20,000 bases of DNA from the NCBI GenBank assembly GCA_023231475.1, contig JALJEE010000107.1:55957-75956 (forward strand). The letters are read 5' to 3'. Positions 12,368-20,000 of this stretch are shown here, piece by piece (the first letter of the stretch is position 1; each line of letters begins with the position of its first letter). The translations under genes and the position numbers were made by a program. The notes under the pieces were generated by a model. The model had not been told where the DNA came from and ran no database searches. It worked only from the letters and a program-made list of their open reading frames with translations. The stretch is from Seison nebaliae (Eukaryota).

Positions 12368-15009
12368 TTGAGAAAGAAACCTTTGAAACAGCCAAAAAGA
12401 AATGCATTAGAGAAGAAATGAAGGCATAATAATTATTATTATTACCATACAGCTGCTTCGATCAAAACTAACAAAATTTAGGCAGCTGTGTACGATTATG
12501 TTCTCTCCTCTTATTTAAAACATCAAATTCATTTTATGTGCATAAGCATCAATACACATTCTTGTGAGATTCTGTTCATAAAGAAAATAATTATTAAATA
12601 TTTTCTAATAATATGATTCTTTAAGGATATTGACATGAAATACTTCCATCTATCTACGTCCGCATGTATATGGAGAACATAACACATATTATTTTTATTA
12701 AAAACAATTCACCAATAGAAAGCCCCCCGAAGTTCACAGTTAAGGTGGACCGATATATGTATATGTGCCCAAAATTCATTCTACCCAATCTGCGCAAGTA
12801 AAAACAAATGAAAATTTAAATATTTCCACCATGTTCCGCTCAATTTATTCCGTTACATATGCATATCCTCCGTCGAAACTGTTAATCATCATATGGAAAT
12901 CGATAACTGACAATAACTAACGCCAGAGCATTACTTTTTCTAGTTTCCTGCCTTCATATTTAATTGCAGGGATGCGATAAGTCAATGACAGACAAGCTTT
13001 CTTCATTTTAGAAGGTTGACAACATTCAATATTTGTAGGCTCTTCGAATTATTCACAATAGGTAGTCAAATATTATTATTATTAAAAATAATTTTTCTTT
13101 TCCGTATCATTTAAATTGCAATAATGGTCATCTTCTGTAATATTAAGGAAAGATGATTCTAGAAGTATTTTGGGACAAATCATAATGATACGGATAATTA
13201 TATGTATTGAAAAGAAAGTATTATTATCTTCTGCATATCGATACTTCATATTTCGTGAAACTTTAAAACTTCAAATGAACAATACCTTCTGACCTATTAC
13301 TTCCCAATCAAGGAAGGTCAAAATTTATTCCAGAGAGTCTAATGATCAGCAGTATTTTCTAACAACTTACAACGTTAATGATTGAATAATTGGACAACTT
13401 GAACTCCTTATGTAAAAGCACTTTAATCATTCATCATACAAATAAGAAAAATGAGAAAAATGAGAAAAATAGTATGAAAATTTTAATTCATCTACCTTCA
13501 ATCGAATTAATAAAGTTACGAATTGAACTGATTTCTCTTAAATTAAAATTTGAACGAAAATTTTCACAATAAATTCACAAAAATCATTGATATTTCATTC
13601 AGATTATTTCCATTCCACTGTAATCATCATTCCTCCTAAATCTTCCTCAGGAGAAACTCAGGATTGGGATAATAATCTTCTTTGCATAACGTTAATGAAT
13701 ATAATTAAATAAAATGAAAGCACAAGTTGAATATATGCATCAATATTTGCCAACAACAATATTACATTAGTGAAATTATAATTTTCTCTTTCATCAGACC
13801 GTATCGTAAATGATAACTGTGAATCGTTATTGTGTTCGGTAAAAGATGTTTTTTCATCTATCTAAATACTCTAGGTAAATTGATCGTACTTGAGAAGATT
13901 CCTTAAATATCAGAAAAACTATGAAAATTGGAATTGATTGATTAGACTTCGATAGAATATTTCACCAAATAATCATGTTTATAAAATACCGTTTATAATA
14001 ATCCATTTTTTTTACTTCTTAATCGTACAAAGTTATTGTTCAATTTCCATTGAATTTCATAGTGATAATTATCGTTGTGATATATTATTAAATGAATAAC
14101 ATTAGAAGATTCAATATTAACCATTGAGCTAAAACGAAAATTATCTCGCCCAACAATCACTCCAGAAATGGAAATCCAAATGAAATATAATAATCGTTTA
14201 AAGTAGGGACAGAAGAGAAGGAAGAAAATAGTTCCAACTATTGATTAGTTTCCTCTTAAATAAATTCCATCGTTCGATTTATTAAATTATGTTCCATCGG
14301 ACCCAATATTATTTAATGAACATTTCTCAAGAGTAAACTCTGACTAATTAAATAAGCAAATATAGATAGCTTAATTCTATTTTTTTTATAAACAGAATTA
14401 GAAGAATTCCTAAATGTCTATGATGTCATCTGAAAATTGTTCTGCTTTTGCGTCATCCACTTCTTGTTATCCGTCTAAACTTATCTCATCAGCAATAAGT
14501 GGAAGAACATGATGGTCATATCTAGATAAGAATCTCGCACTTCAACTCTACTATCATTACGTTCAAGAAACCACTTATCCTCGATGTACATCCAGCAAGA
14601 AATTATAACAAATTGTCTGGAATATGCCGAATCGTAAAGTCTCCGATTTTCATGATTTTGCTTATGTTTTTTCCAAAAAAATTTCTAAATAAAGACATCA
14701 GACATTTGCAATTAACAAACATGTAGGGAATGAGACGTGCTAAAGATAAAACTGTCTATATTTTCCTGAATAATTCCAGGACGAATGATAAAAAATTAAA
14801 TTTGAATAAGTTTTTGTCTGAAATTGGTTGGAAATTGAAATTTGTTTGAAAGAGAAATATAAATTGGAAAGAAACCAATAAATGGAATAATGAAAAATTG
14901 AGTTTATGGTGAAAATTGAATTAAGAGATAGAAGGAAGAACTAAATGGAAATTGGAATTATTTCAATTTTATTGGACATATTTCTTGCAATTTTATTCCA
15001 TAATTGATC

Positions 15010-16123
15010 ATGGGTAATATTTGGGGGAAATTGGATGAAGATGCCGTTCTACCCACTTATAAAGTAACACCAGAAATGATTGAGTTATGTTTAAAAGAGA
15101 GCGAGAGGAAAGCTAAACTCTGTCCCTATTATTGGCTGTGTTGGTTCCTACCAACAATTTTTAGTTTATTAACTGCTGCCGCCATTGTCGAAGCATATTT
15201 CTTATGGAAAGGTTAACTTAAATTTTGTTTAATTTATAAAAATTAAAAACATAAAATCAGAAAAGAATCGTCGTGCTATGCTCACTTTAGCTTCTCAAAA
15301 ATTCGATCCGACTGATATTGGATCAAGTTCACTTGGTAGAAGATCGGTTGGTGACACTGGTTGGCGTCGATTATCGAATGGACCTAAAAGTGGAGATATT
15401 CCTAGTTTGGAAGGAGGGAAGAAATATCCTCGTAATTCTATTCCACTCAGTAAAGGAGGTCGTCGTTCTATCACACCAGCTGATTATGAAACGAAGAGAA
15501 AGCGATTAACCGGATCTGTCGACATGACGGGTAAAAAGTTCTTGCCACCAGTAGGAGTACCGTTTCGACGAAGTTTCGATACTCAAAATCATGAAGGTGA
15601 TACGGATTATAAGAAGAATCGACTTGGTGGTAAAGATCAAAAGATGAAGAATAAGAATGTTAATGATTGGAAGAATAGAGCAAAAGGACAAGTGGATTGG
15701 AAACAGAAATTGAAAGCAGGACAATCGATTCGATTCTCAGATATCATTGATGATCGACGACATAGTAAAGACTTAGAGGCTGATTTAGATTGGAATGTAA
15801 AAGGCGGCACTGATAACAAAGGTGGATATAATAGAAGACAATCGGTTAATGAACGAATGAGACAACGAGGCCTTCCCCCACCATCAACTCCTCCACCACA
15901 AAGTTTCTTCGGACACATGAAATCCATGTTCAACAAAGATACGGGGAAGAATTTCCAATCTCAAAAAGCACCACGATCAATTGCCCATTTTGAAAAGATG
16001 AAGAAAGATCAACCAGGACAATTAGTTCGAGGCGAGAAGATTGTTGGTGATATTGATGATATTGAAGTGACATCGGAAGATACGGAACAAGGAAAGAGAA
16101 AGAATGAGTTTTTTGATGTTTAA
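15010..16123 (+). CDS. Uncharacterised single-pass membrane protein, 354 aa. Exons 15010..15211 and 15261..16123
   Basis: ATG at 15010 (MGNIWGKL...). A hydrophobic segment YWLCWFLPTIFSLLTAAAIVEAYFLW is followed by basic residues. A 49-nt intron (15212-15260, GTTAAC..TCAG) joins the two listed ORFs in frame (WKEKNRRAMLTL). Stop TAA at 16121-16123, with AATAAA at 16151. I recognise no family motif. Confidence 0.8.
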
Positions 16124-16150
16124 TAATGACGATGAATGCGCTAAATTATA

Positions 16151-16156
16151 AATAAA
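16151..16156 (+). terminator. Putative polyadenylation signal for the 15010..16123 gene
   Basis: AATAAA lies 28 nt after the stop codon. Chance occurrence is plausible in such AT-rich DNA. Confidence 0.45.
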
Positions 16157-16573
16157 AAGAGAATTATTTTAATTCAGTTGTTTCCATTCAAGAATTAAAA
16201 ATCCTCAATTTTTCTGAAAATTGAAATCGAATGAAATCCCATAATTTTTTTCGAATAATTTCGAAGAGAAAAATATGTCAAAAAAAATGAGTAAATTAAA
16301 TTGAATTTCCATCAACATCGAAAAATGTAAATGATTTTTGAATATCAATAAATCAATCTGATTATGATTAGTTGGATGAAGGAGAACAGTATCCAAAAAT
16401 TCGTAATTATATATAGTCTGATGTGTTCTCAATAATATATATGATGTTGTATGGAAATATAAAATAAATGAGTATTGATGAAATTCAAAAAAAAAGAGAA
16501 AATTAAAAGATTAAAATATTTTTGTTTAAACAAATCAATATCGATTGCATAATACATATATTGATTAGGGATA

Positions 16574-18203
16574 TTATAGAGAAAATTTCTCTTTTTCATA
16601 AACAAGATTAATCGCATCATAAATACTGTTGACGGTGAAGTTGGGTATTAATAGACGTTTATCCATATGAATATCTCGATGACCATGATTGATGATATTT
16701 CCGTTATCATTATGATGTTGATTTTTTTCTCGATCATTCTCTACTGCTTCCAATGAACCACTACCATGAGAATAGACTCCAGTTAATACCAATATTGATT
16801 TCATACATTCCAAATATTTTGTTGTCGATAATAATTCGTTGACCATCGATTCATCCAATTCATTTAAATTGGCAAAACTTTTCCCGAACTTTGCCATCAT
16901 TTCATCCATATCTGCAAAATTATAATAATATTTAAAAATGAACGAAAGAAAGAGAACTGTTAGCTGTTTTGAAGTCTTTCAAAAATTTCGAATAAGAATT
17001 TGCTCCATAAATATCTGAATCAGGATTATCGCCAATCGCATATATCCGTTTCAATGGTACTTCGACACCCATTGCCAAACTAATTTGTGAGAGACAATAT
17101 TGAGCATGATGATATGTCAATTCACATGGTTTGCCTGATAGGGCCGTATATGTTAATTGGTTACCGGTGATCTTTTTATATAATTCTTCCAAACACAACA
17201 GAAATGTTCCATGACCAAATCGAGGTAACGGAGCTTCTGCCATCCACAGTAAATCCATATTACAAGCAAGAACTGGTAAATGAGGCAAATCGGTTATTTT
17301 ACGTCTTTTCTCTATTGGTTGCAATTTATTTGTTCTATGTAAATCGGGCATTCCATGTGAAAGAATTGTATCTAAAATTAATTGAAGATGACTTTCCCAC
17401 CTGACAGGTTCACCAAAAAGAACGACAGCTTCGATCGGTTGAAAAAATTCTTCAAATGCACAAGGCTACAAATGACGATGAGATGAAAGTGAAATTATTT
17501 TATTGATAAATTCACTAACAGCATGAATTCGTCGTTTGAAATCCACCATATCCAAATAAGGGAACGAATGTCTTAATTGATCAACTGTTATAGTTTTTTT
17601 AAAACCGAGACTGAAAAAAAAGATGTTTATAAAATTTAATTATTGAAAAAGAAATTTAAACTTTTGTGCTATCTCAACGATTGGTCCTTGTCCACTGATG
17701 AGCACATGAAGATTGTGAAAGTTAGAGAATAATTTCAATGGACTATGCGATAGAATTATTTGTTCTGGAGTTACCTTAAGAAAATTAAAATTAATGAATG
17801 AGAATAATTAAAGGAGATTAATTGTAAATAACTTTTATTTCGAGTAATGCAGATAATTGTTCAGCTTTCGATGAACGTAATGTATTTCCAGCATTTGTAA
17901 CAAATACAGTTGGCACTATAAAATTATTATTCTTATCCACCAACATCTCATGAACTGCGCGATATGCTTGAGGTAACAATGTCTTTCCACGTACGAACAC
18001 TCCATCGATATCAAATATAAATCCGAATGGTGATGGATTATCTTTGAAGTAATTTGAAGCTCGTGAATAATTTATATTTTTTATAGAAATTGTTGTCGAA
18101 AATTTCTTGAATGATATTTTCAAAATCTTTAAAAATTTTAAATAAATTTACAAAATTGAAAATGAAAAAAATTAACGTTCTGGAGAAAAATTTTCGAAAA
18201 CAT
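16574..18203 (-). CDS. HDHD5: HAD-superfamily class IIA hydrolase HDHD5/CECR5-like, 456 aa. Exons 18203..18177, 18126..17833, 17774..17662, 17610..17520, 17465..16958, 16911..16574
   Basis: HAD motif I FGFIFDIDGVFVRG, motif II VFVTNAG, CECR5-type blocks QIILSHSPLK, LISGQGP, LFGEPVRWE, ACNMDLLW and PRFGHGTF, motif III/IV GKP...YAIGDNPDSDIYGAN, and terminal SILVLTGVY. Five GT..AG introns (50, 58, 51, 54, 46 nt) give a continuous 1371-nt frame. The N-terminus MFSKIFLQNILKISFKKFSTT is basic, hydroxylated and free of acidic residues, like a mitochondrial presequence. Confidence 0.95.
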
Positions 18204-19490
18204 TATTACTTTTTCGAAAATTTAAAGCGTTATTAGAGTTTGTCGTTGCTAGAATTATGGTAGTTACTGATTGAATAAATGAAATTGAATTATCTTTCAA
18301 TCTTCTTTAAATAATGGAAATGATTTAATTGTTGAAAATTGAAATTTTCATTGTCTTCTAAAATTCTCTCTGAAAGTCATCGTTGTTGAATGTTTATGAT
18401 GGTTTTCGCTTCATTCTATTTAGAAAAAAAGTGAAACAAAAAAAAATGATTAAAAATTTTGTTGATAAATAGTCTTTAGATAAATGAATAAATTAAAGTT
18501 ATAACTAACAATTATTCGTTTGTGCTTCAATTAGTCAAATATAAATGAAATGTGCACGAAAAGAAAATTATTTTGCTCATTAAAAATTTAAGAAAACAAT
18601 GTATAAATATAAAGACTTACATGAGTGTCCAAATTGATGTGACAGACAATAAGAAATTTATCTTAAATAAATTTTCGATTATTATCCAACTAATCAGTAG
18701 ACAGTGGGGAAGTATACACAGAGGGAGAGAACGGATAGAAATTGAATGAAGTATTATTAATTTAATAATTAACTTCTTTTAATAATAGAGCAGCATGGAC
18801 TAATATTCAAATTGGATTATCTCTCTCACTCTATTAACAACATGAGAGAATTAAAGTCTGTTGGATTTCATTCAACACGACAGAAAATTTCCATTCGCTG
18901 TACATGAATGATGTGAATTGTATAATTCATTTCTGGTAATTTAACACTACTTCTCTTTCTTCCATTTTGTCACCCTTCTTTATTTGATGAAATTTTAATA
19001 TGATGGGTTACTTTCTCAAATAATTTTCTTCTTATTTTCTACTTCATCCGTCTAATCATCAATTTGCGTGAAAAGGAAATTCTTTCATCGAACAACACCA
19101 ACAGATTCTTTACATAATTGACAATTGTGAAGATTGATACCTATCGATATCACAAAACAGATTTGTTGGTGTTAAATATTGATTTCGTTGATAATTCCAG
19201 GCTAATCATGCTAATTTCCTCACCTCTTGTATTGCATTCGATAACTGCGCAGATTATAATTCAATATAAAAATTTTACCGAGTCTAATTTTCAAATTTTA
19301 TTTTTTATCTCTTTGGACAGTTCTGACAATGAGATTTTCCTTAATTTTTAAGATGGTTCTCAACCTTACAACATACTGAAAAGGTAACTAGAAAGATCAA
19401 AACTTTAAATACGAAATTTCCTCATTTTCTTAATTCATAGTTTTAAGATTAACAATGTCCAATATAAACAAACTCCAATATGAAGATATA

Positions 19491-20000
19491 TTTTTTTTTT
19501 TTTATTTTTTTATTTATAGCAAATCCCCGCGGGGTAAATTAAAAAGAAAAAAAGATAATTCCTTAAAGGAGTTATTAAAGATTAGGTTCCTGCCCGTTAC
19601 AATAAAATGCTTGAGTGCTTCAGGAACGTGATAAGACAAATCAAAATTAGATGTCACCGATAAAGCGTCTTCCATTGAAAGAGGATAATTTAACGAGTAA
19701 TAACGGAAGAAAAATTGGAGAGGCGACGAGAAGCTCTCACATTGTGTATACGTTGGAACTGAAAGAGTTGAACTGCGAACAGAATCAACTACTTTCAGAT
19801 ACCTCTGTGCCAGGAGTAATGGCAAAGGAGTCAATTCGCAAATCATGAACATAAATGCTCTATTGAAAGGCTTATGACAACCGAGCATCATCCGAACTGA
19901 TCTATTATATGTTCGATCAAGACATCGTAATGACTTATCAGTATTCGAAATGGAAACTGGCAATCCATAGAAGTCGCAACAGTAACAGACAAATAGCTTC
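19491..20000 (-). mobile_element. 3' end of a non-LTR (LINE-like) retrotransposon: C-terminal part of an RT-containing ORF plus genomic poly(A) tail; runs off the window edge
   Basis: The frame is open and intronless from the window edge to TAA at 19516-19514. It translates as KLFVCYCCDFYGLPV...LDRTYNRSVRMMLG...PLPLLLAQRYLK, which resembles the LF.SYC..FYG...N..VR.LLG post-RT region of LINE ORF2 proteins (my recognition, not a database search). The stop is followed directly by AT-A7-T-A13 (19513-19491). The segment is visibly more GC-rich than its flank. The catalytic RT motif is outside the window. Confidence 0.75.

Noticed and set aside
13334..13690. Two exon-like segments flanked by CAG and AAC|GTTAATGA (13334-13373 and 13603-13690)
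   Set aside because: The phases are incompatible (joining them gives ATT ATT TCC ATT CCA CTG TAA), the spacing is far above the local intron size, and I recognise no homology. Non-coding exons cannot be excluded.
14480..14670. Minus-strand open frame containing KWFLERNDSRVEV, reminiscent of a ubiquitin-specific protease His-box tail
   Set aside because: The catalytic GHY motif is absent upstream and I could not link neighbouring exons, so the similarity is probably chance.
931..18176. Possibility that the unusual introns are U12-type or introner elements
   Set aside because: None has the GTATCCTT/ATATCCTT donor or TTCCTTAAC branch site, and the introns share no internal similarity or terminal repeats beyond the splice signals.
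1..18203. Possible alternative genetic code or stop-codon readthrough at ORF ends
   Set aside because: Every premature stop falls inside a short intron, conserved Trp residues use TGG, and the genes end at TAA or TAG. The standard code is sufficient.
15318..19848. Remaining short ORFs (15318, 15506, 15637, 16205, 16429, 17204, 18552, 19118, 19651)
   Set aside because: They overlap real genes or the LINE-like ORF in other frames, or are AT-rich intergenic frames without recognisable motifs.

Overview
This is AT-rich eukaryotic (animal) genomic DNA with very short spliceosomal introns. I reconstructed four spliced genes by hand: (1) the 3' part of a Na+/K+-ATPase alpha subunit (+, <1..1980); (2) a convergent TASK-type two-pore K+ channel with a 351-codon in-frame N-terminal extension (-, 3996..7070); (3) an unrecognised single-pass membrane protein (+, 15010..16123); (4) an HDHD5/CECR5 HAD hydrolase (-, 16574..18203). 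About 8 kb (7.1-15.0 kb) has no convincing coding sequence. The right edge holds what looks like the poly(A)-tailed 3' end of a non-LTR retrotransposon. The most striking signal is the splicing grammar. All 13 introns I could define are 46-64 nt and all begin GTT (T at +3 instead of the usual purine). Six of 13 end in AAG, and one skips better-looking upstream YAG sites. This suggests a divergent, possibly length-guided splice-site recognition system. The organism cannot be determined from this window.
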